DNA of 64,000 nt from Anaeromyxobacter sp. Its GTDB lineage: Bacteria > Myxococcota > Myxococcia > Myxococcales > Anaeromyxobacteraceae. The stretch is taken from the NCBI GenBank assembly GCA_049840735.1, contig JASGJN010000004.1, forward strand, positions 96,001 through 160,000. The letters are read 5' to 3'. The notes under the pieces are model-generated. The model saw only the letters and a program-made list of their open reading frames with translations, had not been told where the DNA came from and did no database searches. The translations under genes were made by a program, and so were the position numbers. Positions 34,211 through 44,564 of this stretch are shown here, in pieces. Within the stretch, counting starts at the first letter, position 1, and the number at the start of each line of letters is the position of its first letter.

Positions 34211-35550
34211 GGCGCCACCTCCGCCGGCGCGGGCGCCAGCCGCCGGAGCGGGAAGCGCAGCCGCGCCACCGCGCCGCCGCCCTCGCGTGGTCCCAGCGTG
34301 AAGGCGGCCCGGTGGACGCCGGCCGTGCGCTGGACGATCACCAGCCCCAGCCCGGTGCCGGTGGGCTTGGTGGTGACGAACGGGCGCTTCACCTCGTCCA
34401 GCCGGTCCGCGGGGATGCCGCAGCCGCGGTCCAGCACCTCCACCACCACCGCCCCCTCCCCGCCCGCCGCCTCGAAGCGGCTCGCCAGCTCCGGCACCGC
34501 GGGCCCGCCGGCCTCGAAGGCGTTGGCCAGCAGGTTCACCACCGCCTCGGTGACCAGCGCCGCGTCCAGGTCGAGCGGCGGCAGGTCGCGCGCCAGCTCC
34601 AGGCGCACCGCGTCCTCCGGCAGGCCGCGCGCCAGCGCCGCCTTGCGGGCGGCCTCCTGCAGCACCCGGTTCACCTTGGAGGGCGTGAAGACCGGCTCCA
34701 CCGGGCGCGAGAGCCCCAGCAGTTCGGAGATGAACCGGTTGACCCGGTCCACCTCCTGGCCGATCAGCCCGGCGTACTCGGCCACGTCGGCGTCGCCGGA
34801 GAGCCGGCGGGCCAGGTACTGCGCGGCGCCGGCGATGGCGTTGAGCGGGTTGCGCAGCTCGTGGGCGATCTGGGCCGACATCTGGCCCAGGCCGGCCAGC
34901 CGCTCTGCGTCCAGCAGCCGCGTCTCCAGCGTCCGGCGCTCGCTGATGTCGCGGATCACCATCACCGTGCCCAGGTAGGCCCCCTGGGGCGAGCGGACCG
35001 GCGCGTAGGTGGTCTCGAACCGGCCCTCCTTCTCCTTCAGGATCGAGTGGGCCGGCCCGGAGGCGTCGCCGGCCCGCAGCCAGCCCATGACCCGCTCCAG
35101 CATGGGGTGGCTGGCGCTGGGGTGGCAGTCGCGCAAATCGCCGCCCGGCCCGGCGGAGAGGTTGCGCAGCGCGCGCCCGGCCTGGTTCACGAGGGCCACG
35201 CGGTCGCGGGCGTCGATGAAGAGCAGGCCGTCGGCCATGGAGTCCACCACCGCCTGCATGGTCTCCAGCTCGGCGCGCCGGGCGGCGCGCTCGGCCTCGG
35301 CCTCGGCCAGCGCCGCAGCGGTGGCGCGGGTCCGCTCCACCAGCCCGCGCAGCAGCAGCACCAGCGCCGCCCCGGCCACCGCCACCGAGATGGCCCCCAC
35401 CGCGGCCGTGCGCCAGGCGACCGAGGCCAGCGCCGGGTCGAGGCGCGCCACGTCGCGCAGGAACAGCAGGGCGGTGGCGGCCGAGATGGCGACCGCCACG
35501 GTGATCAGGCTGACGGTGAGGCGGGCGCCTGGGCCGAGCGCTCGGAGCAT
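34207..35550 (-). CDS. Membrane PAS-domain sensor histidine kinase (cognate of the NtrC-type regulator)
   Basis: Two TM helices; PAS with DCHPSASH; H-box IAHELRNPL; NLLANA; FVTTKPTGTGLGL. Confidence 0.93.
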
Positions 35551-35618
35551 CCGCGCATGGTACCCGGGCCCCGCCCGCGGCGCGACGGCCTCGCGGCGGC
35601 CTTCTCCCGGCCGGCGCG

Positions 35619-36854
35619 ATGGGGCAGTGTGGGGCCGCCGTGCCGACCCCGGAACCCCAGGACCACGCCGCCCGCCGCCTCACCCACGGCATCCTGCCCG
35701 CGGTCGCCTTCTCGCTCGTCTGCTACCTGACGGTCGGGCTGGCGCTGGCGGTGCTGCCCACGCACGTCCACCTGCGGCTCGGCTTCGGCACGGCGCTGGC
35801 GGGCCTGGTGGTGAGCGCGCAGTACGTGGCCACCGTCCTCTCGCGCCCGCTGGCCGGGCGGCTCACCGACACGGCCGGCCCGCGCCGGGCCGTGCTGCGC
35901 GGCCTGGTGGCCTGCGGCCTGAGCGGCGCGCTGACGCTGGCCGCCGCCCCGCTCGACGCGCACCCCTGGGGCGCGCTGGCGCTGCTGCTGGCCGGCCGGC
36001 TGGCGCTGGGCGTGGGCGAGAGCCTGGTGGCCACCGGCGCCATCATGTGGGGCATCGCCCGCGTCGGTTCCCGGCACACGGCGCAGGTGATCTCCTGGAA
36101 CGGCATCACCACCTACGGCGCGCTGGCGGTGGGGGCGCCGCTGGGCGTCGGGCTGGCGGCACTGGCCGGGCTGGCCGCGGTGGGCGGGTTCGTGGTGCTG
36201 GTGGCGGCCGGCGCCGGGGTGGCGGCGCGCCGGCTGCCGCCGCCGGCGGTGGTCCACGGCGAGCGCATGCCGTTCCACCGCGTGGTGGCCCGGGTCGCGC
36301 CCATGGGCCTGGGGCTGGCGCTGGGCGGCACCGGCTTCGGCGTGATCGCCGCCTTCATCACCCTGCTCTACGCGCACCGCGGCTGGAGCGGCGCCGCCTT
36401 CGCGCTCTCCGCCTACGGCGCCTGCTTCATCGCCACGCGCCTGCTCTTCGCGCACCAGATCGACCGGCGCGGCGGCCTGGCGGTGGCGCTGCCGTCGCTG
36501 GCCGTGGAGCTGGCCGGGCTCCTGCTATTGGCCTCGGCCGGCGGGCCGGGCGCGGCGCTGGGCGGGGCGGCCCTGACCGGCCTCGGGTTCTCGCTGGTCT
36601 TCCCGGCGCTGGCGGTGGAGGCGGTGCGGGGCCTGCCCGCCGAGGACCGCGGGACGGGGCTGGGCGCGTACTCGGCCTTCGTGGACCTGTCCCTGTTCGT
36701 GAGCGGCCCGGCCGCAGGGGCGCTGATCGCGGCGCGCGGCTACGCGGCCGGCTTCCTGGGCGCGGCGGCCGCCGTGGGGGCGGGGCTCCTGCTCACCGGC
36801 TGGCTGGCGCTGCAGGCCGGGCGGGCGCCGGGCCCGGGACCTCACCCACCGTGA
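35619..36854 (+). CDS. MFS transporter (YhhS/YfcJ-like)
   Basis: About 12 TM helices; SRPLAGRLTDTAGPRR, GRLALGVGES and GFSLVFPAL. Confidence 0.9.
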   Translation: MGQCGAAVPTPEPQDHAARRLTHGILPAVAFSLVCYLTVGLALAVLPTHVHLRLGFGTALAGLVVSAQYVATVLSRPLAGRLTDTAGPRRAVLRGLVACGLSGALTLAAAPLDAHPWGALALLLAGRLALGVGESLVATGAIMWGIARVGSRHTAQVISWNGITTYGALAVGAPLGVGLAALAGLAAVGGFVVLVAAGAGVAARRLPPPAVVHGERMPFHRVVARVAPMGLGLALGGTGFGVIAAFITLLYAHRGWSGAAFALSAYGACFIATRLLFAHQIDRRGGLAVALPSLAVELAGLLLLASAGGPGAALGGAALTGLGFSLVFPALAVEAVRGLPAEDRGTGLGAYSAFVDLSLFVSGPAAGALIAARGYAAGFLGAAAAVGAGLLLTGWLALQAGRAPGPGPHPP

Positions 36855-36977
36855 CTCCCCCGAGGGGAGGATGAGCCGCGCGCCGTTCACGGCTGGTGAT
36901 GGTCGCCGGCCACCCACCCCGGGAACGGCCCCGGCCGCTCCCGCCTCGGGCTAGACTGGGCGCGGGGTCTCCCCGAC

Positions 36978-38735
36978 ATGCCCGCCCCAGTCTCCACCCC
37001 CGCGGTAGACGTCCAGGAGCTGGCCTGGCGCGCCTGGGCGCTGCGGCTCTCCTACCTGATCCTGGGCGTCGGCGTGGCGGCGCCGGCCCTGGCCCACAGC
37101 CTGGTGGCGGGCAACGCCTGGATGGCGGCGGCCCTGCTGGCTGGGGCGCCGCTGGTGGCGGCGGGGGCGATCTGGGGCGGGCGGGCCGGCCGCTTCCGGG
37201 CCTGGTCCGGCCTGCTGCTGGTGATGGTCGGGGCGGTGCCGGCCATCGGCATGGCCGGGGTCGGCCCCACGCCCGGGATCTGCGCGGGCCTGACCACGCT
37301 GGTGGTGCTGGCGGCGCTGTTCCGCGGCCGGAGGGCGGCGTGGGCAGCGGTGGCGCTCCAGACGCTGGTGCTGGCCTTCACGCTGGCGGGCGGGGAGCTG
37401 GGCTGGCTCCCCTGGCCCTCGACCCCGCCCGGCGACTGGTCCACCTCGGCGCTCTGGGCCTGGTACCTCACCCACCTGCTGGCGCTGGCGCTGGTGATCG
37501 CCATCCCGCCGCGGGTCATGGCGGACCGGTTCGAGCAGTTCGCGGCCGATCGCGAGGCGGCCCACCGCGAGGCCGACGAGGCGCTGGGCTCGCGCGAGCG
37601 GGCGGAGCAGGAGCGGAGCCAGGCCGAGGCCGCGCTGGCGCAGGCGCAGCGGGGCGCGGTCATCCAGCGGGTGGGCGCGGCCCTGGCCCACGACTTCAAC
37701 AACGCCCTGGTGGTGATCCGCTGCTCGGCCGAGGCGCTGGCCGACCCGGCCGCCTCCCCGGAGATGCGCGCCGAGGCGGGGGACGCCATCCTGGCCTGCG
37801 CGCGGCGCGCCTCGGCGCTCACCCGCCAGCTCATGCTGCTGGCCCGGCGCGCGCCGCCGCCGCCGGGCGCGCGCACCCCGGCGGACGTGGGGCGGGTGCT
37901 CCAGGAGTCGAGCCGGCTGTTCCGGCAAATCCTCCCGGCCGACGTGCAGCTGGAGGTGCTGACGGCCGGCGCGGCCCCGGCCGCGCTGGACGAGACCGCG
38001 CTCACGCAGGTGCTGCTCAACCTGGTGCTGAACGCCCGCGACGCGCTCCCCCGCGGCGGGCACGTGCGCATCAGCTCGGAGCCGGTGCCGGCAGCGGGGC
38101 CACCCAGCCACGTGCTGCTCGAGGTGACCGACGACGGCGCGGGCATGACGCCGGAGGTCCGCGCCCACGCCTTCGAGCCGCTCTTCTCGTCCAAGGCGCA
38201 CGGCGCCGGCCTGGGGCTGGCGGTGTCGCTGGCCCTGGTGCGGCAGGCCGGGGGGGACCTGGCGCTCCGCTCCGCCCCCGGGGCGGGCACCACCGTCACC
38301 ATCACCCTGCCGGCGGCGGCGCAGCCGCGGGCCGCCGCCCCGCGAGCGCGGCCGCAGGCGCCGCCGCGCGGGGCGCGGGCGCTGGTGGTCGATCCGGACG
38401 AGGGGCTGCGCCACGTGACGGCCCTGGCGCTGCAGGCGCGCGGCTTCTCGGTGATGGAGGCCGGGGACGCGAGCGCCGGGCTGGAGCGCGTGCGGCGGCT
38501 GCACGACCGGCTGGACCTGATCTGCCTGGACGTCTCCGAGTTCACGCCAGGTGCGGCCCGGCTGGCGGAGGAGTGCGCCGCGCTCTTCCCGGAGGTGGCG
38601 CTCCTGGCCACCGGCTCGGTGGCGGAGCCGGGCGTGGCGCAGGCGCGGAGCTTCGCCTTCATCGCGAAGCCCTTCGTGGCCTCCGACCTGGCCGAGCGCG
38701 CGGTGGGGCTGGTCGCGCGGGAGGGGAAGGCGTGA
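36978..38735 (+). CDS. Membrane hybrid histidine kinase / receiver
   Basis: Multi-TM N-terminus, LAHDFNNAL, NLVLNARDA, GAGLGL, receiver ending KPF. Confidence 0.9.
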   Translation: MPAPVSTPAVDVQELAWRAWALRLSYLILGVGVAAPALAHSLVAGNAWMAAALLAGAPLVAAGAIWGGRAGRFRAWSGLLLVMVGAVPAIGMAGVGPTPGICAGLTTLVVLAALFRGRRAAWAAVALQTLVLAFTLAGGELGWLPWPSTPPGDWSTSALWAWYLTHLLALALVIAIPPRVMADRFEQFAADREAAHREADEALGSRERAEQERSQAEAALAQAQRGAVIQRVGAALAHDFNNALVVIRCSAEALADPAASPEMRAEAGDAILACARRASALTRQLMLLARRAPPPPGARTPADVGRVLQESSRLFRQILPADVQLEVLTAGAAPAALDETALTQVLLNLVLNARDALPRGGHVRISSEPVPAAGPPSHVLLEVTDDGAGMTPEVRAHAFEPLFSSKAHGAGLGLAVSLALVRQAGGDLALRSAPGAGTTVTITLPAAAQPRAAAPRARPQAPPRGARALVVDPDEGLRHVTALALQARGFSVMEAGDASAGLERVRRLHDRLDLICLDVSEFTPGAARLAEECAALFPEVALLATGSVAEPGVAQARSFAFIAKPFVASDLAERAVGLVAREGKA

Positions 38736-40507
38736 TGGGCGCGGACGCCAGCGCGGACGGGCTGCACCCGGCGCCGGCCTCCTGGCGCGACCCGGCGCTG
38801 CGCAGGCTGCTGCTGGGGCTGGTGGTCTTCGTCCCGATCGACCTGGCGGCGAACCGGCTCCGCGCGCAGGAGACCCCGGCCTGGCTTTTCCTGCTGGCCG
38901 CCCTGTGGGCGCTGGCGCTGGCCGGCTGGGCGCTGGCCCACCGGCGGCGGCCGGTCCGGGCGGTGCTGGCGCTGGTGACGCTGGACGCGCTGGCGCTCTT
39001 GCTCCTGCCGCTCTTCCAGGGCCGGGCCCCCGGGCCGGCCTCCGCGGTGGCGCTGGCCACCGCCATCACCTTCGCCACCCTGTTCCTGGGGTGGCGCGCG
39101 CTGGCGGGGTGCGTACTCCTCGTGGCGCTGGCCACGGCGCTGGCCCACGGCCTGGCGCGCGCCGGCCGCGTCCCGCTCCAGCAGGCGGCCCCGTTCGCCG
39201 ACGGCTGGCTGGCGCAGGGCGTCCAGCTGGTGGGGTCCTGGGCGCTGCTGGCGCTGGTGGTGAGCACCGTGCTGCGCAGCTACCAGGAGGGCGCGCGCCG
39301 GCTGCACGAGGGGGTGGAGGCGCTGGTGCAGCGGCGCGCCGAGCGCGAGCAGGCCGAGGCCCAGCGCTGGGCCGCCGCGGAGGCGGCGCGCCGGGCGCAG
39401 GACCTGGAGCTGGTGGGACGGCTCACCGCCGGGCTGGCCCACGACTTCAACAACTCGCTCACGGTGATCATGAGCTGGGCGGGGGCGCTGCGCGATCCGG
39501 TCGGGGCCGGCCTCTCGCAGGCCGAGGCCAGCCAGGCCATCGCCGCCGGCGCCGAGCGGGCGGAGCTGGTGACCCGCCGGCTGGCGGCGCTGCGCCGGCA
39601 GGAGCCCGGTCCGCGCCGGCGCGTCGAGCTGGGCGAGGTGGCCGCCGCGCTGGCCCGCTCGGCCCGCTGGGTGGTCCCGCCCACCTGCCCGGTGCTGCTG
39701 CGGCGCGCGGAGCCGGCGGCGGTCCTCGCGGTCCCGGCGCAGCTGGAGCAGGCGCTGCTCCAGCTCGTGCTCAACGCCCGGGACGCGCAGCCGGGCGGGG
39801 GGCGCATCGAGGTGGAGGTGGGCTGGGCCCGGCCGGAGGAGGTGGCGGGGCTCCCGCCCGGCAGCTACGCCGCGGCCCGGGTCCGCGATCACGGCGTGGG
39901 GCTCGACCCCTTCACCCGCGCCCACCTCTTCGAGCCCTTCTTCACCACCAAGGCGGACGGCGCCGGGCTGGGGCTGGGGCTGGCCGTGGCGCGCGAGGTG
40001 GCCGTGGCGCACGGGGGGCGGATCCACGTCGAGAGCGCGCCCGGCGCGGGGAGCACCTTCAGCCTGGTCCTCCCCGCCGCCGGGCCGGCCCCGCTGCCGG
40101 CGCAGGAGCGGCCGGCGCGGGCGCTGCCGCCGGGCCGCCGCGTGCTGCTGGTCGAGGACGAGCCGCTGGTCCGCCGCGCCATGGCGCGGGCGCTGCGCGC
40201 GGCGGGCGGCGAGGTGATCGAGGCCTCCACCGGCGAGGCGGGCCTGGCGGCCGCCGCGCTGCCGGGGCTGGAGCTGCTCTGCCTGGACGCGGTCCTCCCG
40301 GACCTGGCCAGCCAGCGGGTGGCGGACGCCTTCACCCGGGCGCATCCGGGCCGGCCGGTGCTGGTCTGCTCCGGCCACGTGGAGGAGGACGAGCTGCGCC
40401 AGCGCATCGCGCTGGGTGACTACGCCTTCCTGGCCAAGCCGTTCGACGGGGCCACGCTGGTGGCGCGGGCCGCCGCGCTCATGGCCGCGCCAGCGGCCGC
40501 GCGGTGA
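38735..40507 (+). CDS. Membrane hybrid histidine kinase / receiver (paralogue of the previous gene)
   Basis: TGATG coupling; LAHDFNNSL, LVLNARDA, EPFFTTK...GLGL, VLLVEDE...LCLD...KPF. Confidence 0.9.
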   Translation: MGADASADGLHPAPASWRDPALRRLLLGLVVFVPIDLAANRLRAQETPAWLFLLAALWALALAGWALAHRRRPVRAVLALVTLDALALLLLPLFQGRAPGPASAVALATAITFATLFLGWRALAGCVLLVALATALAHGLARAGRVPLQQAAPFADGWLAQGVQLVGSWALLALVVSTVLRSYQEGARRLHEGVEALVQRRAEREQAEAQRWAAAEAARRAQDLELVGRLTAGLAHDFNNSLTVIMSWAGALRDPVGAGLSQAEASQAIAAGAERAELVTRRLAALRRQEPGPRRRVELGEVAAALARSARWVVPPTCPVLLRRAEPAAVLAVPAQLEQALLQLVLNARDAQPGGGRIEVEVGWARPEEVAGLPPGSYAAARVRDHGVGLDPFTRAHLFEPFFTTKADGAGLGLGLAVAREVAVAHGGRIHVESAPGAGSTFSLVLPAAGPAPLPAQERPARALPPGRRVLLVEDEPLVRRAMARALRAAGGEVIEASTGEAGLAAAALPGLELLCLDAVLPDLASQRVADAFTRAHPGRPVLVCSGHVEEDELRQRIALGDYAFLAKPFDGATLVARAAALMAAPAAAR

Positions 40508-41243
40508 AGGCCACCCAGCGCAGCACCACCGCCACGCGCCCGTCCGGCCCCGCCCAGCGGGCCACCAGCGCGCGGAGCCCGGCCTCCACCGCCGGCTCGA
40601 GCTGACCCTCGCGGACCGGCAGGTAGGACGCGCTCCGGGCCCAGCCCACCAGGCCGTCGGCGTCGAGCCGCCAGGGGTGGCGCTCCTCCAGCGCCTGCTC
40701 CAGCGCGAAGAGCGGGCTTTCGCGGAGCGGCGCCTCGGCGCCGGTCACGTCGGCGGCCGGCGAGCCGCCGCTCTTGCGCATCACGAACCCGGAGAGCGCG
40801 CGGGTGAAGGGGTCCTGTCCGTCGCGCAGGTACCAGATCAGCACCAGCCGCCCGCCGGGCCGCAGGATCCGGTGCAGCTCGGGGAGCGCCTCGGCCGCGC
40901 GGAACCAGTGGAAGGACTGGACGCAGCAGGCGGCGTCCACCGAGCCGGCCGGCAGCCCGGTGGCCTCCGCCGCGCCGGGGTGGACCGTGACGCGCGCCCC
41001 CGGGATGAGCCGGCGGCGCATGTCGGGGTTGGGCTCGATGGCGTGGACGTGCGCCGAGCGGACGGCCAGCCGGGCGGTCGAGAGCCCGGTCCCTGCCCCC
41101 ACGTCCGCCACGATGGGCTCCGGAGGCAGGCCCCGCAGCGCCGCATCCAGCAGGGAATCCGGGCACTCAGGGCGGTTCAGGGCGTAGCTCTCGGCGCGGC
41201 CGGTGAAGCGCGCCGGAGCGCCGGGGGAGAGGTCGTCCGGCAT
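40479..41243 (-). CDS. Class I SAM-dependent methyltransferase
   Basis: RFTGRAESYALNRP, VADVGAGTG, IEPNPDM and QSFHWF...LRPGG. Confidence 0.88.
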   Translation of the reverse strand: MPDDLSPGAPARFTGRAESYALNRPECPDSLLDAALRGLPPEPIVADVGAGTGLSTARLAVRSAHVHAIEPNPDMRRRLIPGARVTVHPGAAEATGLPAGSVDAACCVQSFHWFRAAEALPELHRILRPGGRLVLIWYLRDGQDPFTRALSGFVMRKSGGSPAADVTGAEAPLRESPLFALEQALEERHPWRLDADGLVGWARSASYLPVREGQLEPAVEAGLRALVARWAGPDGRVAVVLRWVAFTARPLARP

Positions 41244-41438
41244 ACATCTCCTCACATGCACGCTGGGGTCAGCACACGCCACTGGACGGCTGGGGCGCGC
41301 GGGACCGGGTGAATACCCTACATCCAGATAGAGCGTTCAGACGCCTCGCAACGACAGGTTCGCCCTGCACGCGACGGGGCCTCATCTGGCTAGGTTGGCG
41401 AGACGCGGACCTATTTGCCGCTGGGGAGCGCAAGGGGC

Positions 41439-41669
41439 ATGGGAAGGACGCAGGATCGACAGAAGCAGGACGACCTGAAGCAGCTGGGCAGCCGGGTGCG
41501 CGAGGCGCGGACCGGCGTCGGCTACACGCAGGAGGTGCTGGCCAAGGAGCTGGGGATCTCCGTCGCGTACGTGAGCCTCATCGAGCGCGGCGGCCGCAAC
41601 CCGCCCTGGACGACGGTGGTGGCCATCGCCCGCGCGCTGCAGGTCCCGCTGCAGCGCCTCGTGGCGTAG
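41439..41669 (+). CDS. XRE-family HTH transcriptional regulator
   Basis: LGSRVREAR...TQEVLAKELGISVAYVSLIERGGRNP. Confidence 0.88.
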   Translation: MGRTQDRQKQDDLKQLGSRVREARTGVGYTQEVLAKELGISVAYVSLIERGGRNPPWTTVVAIARALQVPLQRLVA

Positions 41670-41691
41670 CGGAGCGACGGCCGGCCGCGGC

Positions 41692-42186
41692 TCAGGCGGC
41701 CTGCTCCAGCCCCAGCGCCCGGCGGATGTCCGGCTCCAGCTTCTCGGGCGTGGTGTAGGGCGCGTAGCGCCGCAGCGGCCGCCCCTGCCGGTCGAGCAGG
41801 AACTTGGTGAAGTTCCACTTCACGTCGCGTCCGATGGTGCCGGGCAGCTCGCGCGTCAGCCAGCCGAAGAGCGGGTGGGCCTGGGCGCCCTTCACGTCGA
41901 TCTTCTCGAACATCTGGAAGCTGACGCCGTAGTTGACGAGGCAACCTCCCTCGATCTCGTCCGGCCCGCCCGGCTCCTGGTTGCCGAACTGGTTGCAGGG
42001 GAAGCCCAGCACGGCCAGCCCCTGCGACGCGTAGGTCCGGTGCAGCGCCTCCAGCCCCGCGTACTGCGGGGTGAAGCCGCACTGGCTGGCGGTGTTCACC
42101 ACCAGCACCACCTTCCCTTCGTAGCGGGACAGCGGGATCTCCTCGCCGCGCAGCGTGCGGGCGGTGAACTGGCCGAGGTCGCTCAT
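41692..42186 (-). CDS. Glutathione peroxidase family (Cys-type, BtuE-like)
   Basis: GKVVLVVNTASQCGFTPQY, LGFPCNQFG and VKWNFTKFL. Confidence 0.95.
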   Translation of the reverse strand: MSDLGQFTARTLRGEEIPLSRYEGKVVLVVNTASQCGFTPQYAGLEALHRTYASQGLAVLGFPCNQFGNQEPGGPDEIEGGCLVNYGVSFQMFEKIDVKGAQAHPLFGWLTRELPGTIGRDVKWNFTKFLLDRQGRPLRRYAPYTTPEKLEPDIRRALGLEQAA

Positions 42187-42312
42187 GCCCCGATTGAAGA
42201 ACGGGTTGCGCGGCGCGGCAACACCCGCGGAGGGGCGCGCGGGCCCACGCGCGACCATCGGCCCGCCCTCACGGCCCGCCCCCGCCGGGGCTGGGCGCGG
42301 TAGCTTGCCAGC

Positions 42313-44517
42313 ATGGAGATCCCCCACGAGCAGCACCGCGGCTCCGGCGAGGCCTACGCCCGCTACCTGGCCAGCATGGACGCGTCGATGCGCCAGAAGG
42401 TGGCGCTCACCGCGGCGCACCTCATCTGCAAGGGGCGCGTGGCGGACATGGGGATGGGGTCGGGCTCGGGGACGCTGGCGCTGGCGGAGCTCTACCCGGA
42501 CCTGGAGGTGATCGGGGTCGACCTGGATCCGGAGATGGTGGCGCTGGCCCGCGCCCGCCACGTCCGCCCCAACCTGGGCTTCGTCCAGGGCGACGTGGCG
42601 GCGCCGGTCTTCGAGGACGGCTCGCTGGACGGGCTGCTCGACTCGTCGGTGCTCCACCACGTCACCAGCTTCGGCGGCTACCGCCACGAGGCGGCGGCCG
42701 AGGCGCTGGCCGTGCAGGCGCGGGCGCTCCGCCCGCACGGCGTGCTGGTGATCCGCGACTTCGTGGCGCCGGAGGACGGCGGCGCGCCGGTGGTGCTGGA
42801 GCTCCCTCCGGACGACGGCGACGCCACGGACGACCCGGCCACCTGCTCCAGCGCCGCCCTGCTGCGCCGCTTCGCCGGCGAGTTCCGCAGCCTCTCCTCC
42901 GCGCCGGGCTTCGCCTGCGAGGAGCTGCCGCCCCGGCGCGACGGCTGGCGCCGCTTCCGGCTCTCCCACCGGCACGCGGTGGAGTTCCTGCTGCGCAAGG
43001 ACTACCGGCGCGACTGGGTCCAGGAGGTGAAGGAGGAGTACACCTGGTGCACCCAGCGCGGCTGCGAGGCGCTGCTGGCGCGGCTGGGGCTGCGGCTGCT
43101 CGCGTCCACGCCCATCCGCAACCCCTGGATCGTCGCGCACCGCTGGGAGGGGCGGGTCGCGCTCTCCGACGCGCGCGGGGAGCCGCTGCCGCTGCCGCCC
43201 ACCAACTACCTGGCCGCCGCCGAGCGGGTCCCGGCGCGCGAGGGGGTCCGCTTCCGCGCCCGCCCCTCGGCCGCGGCGCCCCGCTTCCTCTCGCTCGAGC
43301 AGCGGGCGCTGCGCGACGGGGGCGGCGTGCGCGACGTGGTCCGCCGGCCCCACCTGACGCTCGACGTGCTGCCGCACTTCGACCGCGCGGGCGACACCTA
43401 CGTGATCGCCAAGGTGAGCTACCCGCGCCCGCTCCTGGCCACCGGGCCGGCCGCCGCGCTCGACGGCAGCACGCCCTGCCCCTACGTCACCGAGCCGCTC
43501 AGCGCGCTGCAGGACGGCCGGCCGCTGGGGCAGCTGGTGGAGGCGGTGCTGGCCCGCTTCGGCGTGACGGCGGACCGGATCCGCCGGCTGCGCCCGGGCG
43601 GCACCTACTTCCCGTCGCCGGGCGGCGTCGAGGAGGAGGTGCACGCGGTGCGCGTCGAGATCGAGCCGACGCTGGTGCAGGACCCGCCCGGCGACCTGAC
43701 CGGCTTCTCCACCTCGGGCCGCGCGCGCGCCATCGAGGCCCGCCAGCTGCTCCGCGCCGCGCAGGTGGGCGGGCTGGCCGACGCGCGGCTGGAGCTGAAC
43801 GTGCACGAGCTGCTCCTGGAGCTGGGGAGGGGCCCGGGGCCGTGGATCGGCGCCGAGGTGGCCGTGGCCGAGGGGGCGCCGGTGGAGGCCACGCCGCTGG
43901 CGGCGCTGGAGGCGCGCCCGCCGCGGCGCGCCTTCACCCCCGCCCCGCCCGCCGCCAGCCCCGGGTTCCTGGCGCTGGCGGCCTACGAGCTGGAGGAGCT
44001 GTCGGCCTCCGGCGAGCCGGTGGCGCGCGGCCGGCTGGAGGCGGTGACGCCGCTGCCGGTCTCGCCGCTGACGGTGGCCACCGCGCTGCTCCGGCGCGAC
44101 GCGCGCGGCGTGTACCTGGGCCTGGACGACGCCGACCTGGCGGCGGCGCAGGGGCTGTGCGGCCACTCCTCGCTGCTGGTCACGCCGGCCTGGCGGCTGC
44201 CGCACGCCGCGGCCACGCCGGACGCGGCCCGGGCCTTCCTGGCCGGGCGGCTCGAGGCCGAGCACGGCGTGCGGCCCGGGCGCTGGTTCGAGCTGGGCGG
44301 CCGCTATCACCCCACGCCCGGCGCCACGCCGGAGGTGGTCCACCCCTGGGCGGTGGAGGTGGCGGCCGAGGCGCCGGCGCCGCGCCCGCTGCGCTGGGTG
44401 CTGCTGCGGGAGCTGGTGGCCCGGCGGGCGGCGCTGGTGGACGGGCACCTGCGCGTGGTGGCGCTGCGGGCGGCCCACGCGCTGGGGCTGCTGGCGGGAG
44501 GCGAAGACGCGCCTTGA
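42313..44517 (+). CDS. SAM-dependent methyltransferase fused to two degenerate Nudix-like regions
   Basis: VADMGMGSG, GVDLD and SSVLHH; later GGTYFPSPGGVEEEV and GGRYHPTPGATPEVV. Confidence 0.72.
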   Translation: MEIPHEQHRGSGEAYARYLASMDASMRQKVALTAAHLICKGRVADMGMGSGSGTLALAELYPDLEVIGVDLDPEMVALARARHVRPNLGFVQGDVAAPVFEDGSLDGLLDSSVLHHVTSFGGYRHEAAAEALAVQARALRPHGVLVIRDFVAPEDGGAPVVLELPPDDGDATDDPATCSSAALLRRFAGEFRSLSSAPGFACEELPPRRDGWRRFRLSHRHAVEFLLRKDYRRDWVQEVKEEYTWCTQRGCEALLARLGLRLLASTPIRNPWIVAHRWEGRVALSDARGEPLPLPPTNYLAAAERVPAREGVRFRARPSAAAPRFLSLEQRALRDGGGVRDVVRRPHLTLDVLPHFDRAGDTYVIAKVSYPRPLLATGPAAALDGSTPCPYVTEPLSALQDGRPLGQLVEAVLARFGVTADRIRRLRPGGTYFPSPGGVEEEVHAVRVEIEPTLVQDPPGDLTGFSTSGRARAIEARQLLRAAQVGGLADARLELNVHELLLELGRGPGPWIGAEVAVAEGAPVEATPLAALEARPPRRAFTPAPPAASPGFLALAAYELEELSASGEPVARGRLEAVTPLPVSPLTVATALLRRDARGVYLGLDDADLAAAQGLCGHSSLLVTPAWRLPHAAATPDAARAFLAGRLEAEHGVRPGRWFELGGRYHPTPGATPEVVHPWAVEVAAEAPAPRPLRWVLLRELVARRAALVDGHLRVVALRAAHALGLLAGGEDAP

Positions 44518-44564
44518 CCGGCGCTGCGGTGGCGTGGTCCGCTGAAGCCTGCTCCTGGAGGGAC

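Noticed and set aside
41439..41669. XRE regulator as part of a toxin-antitoxin, prophage or restriction-modification system
   Set aside because: There is no adjacent toxin, phage or DNA methylase gene, and the neighbouring methyltransferases look like small-molecule types.
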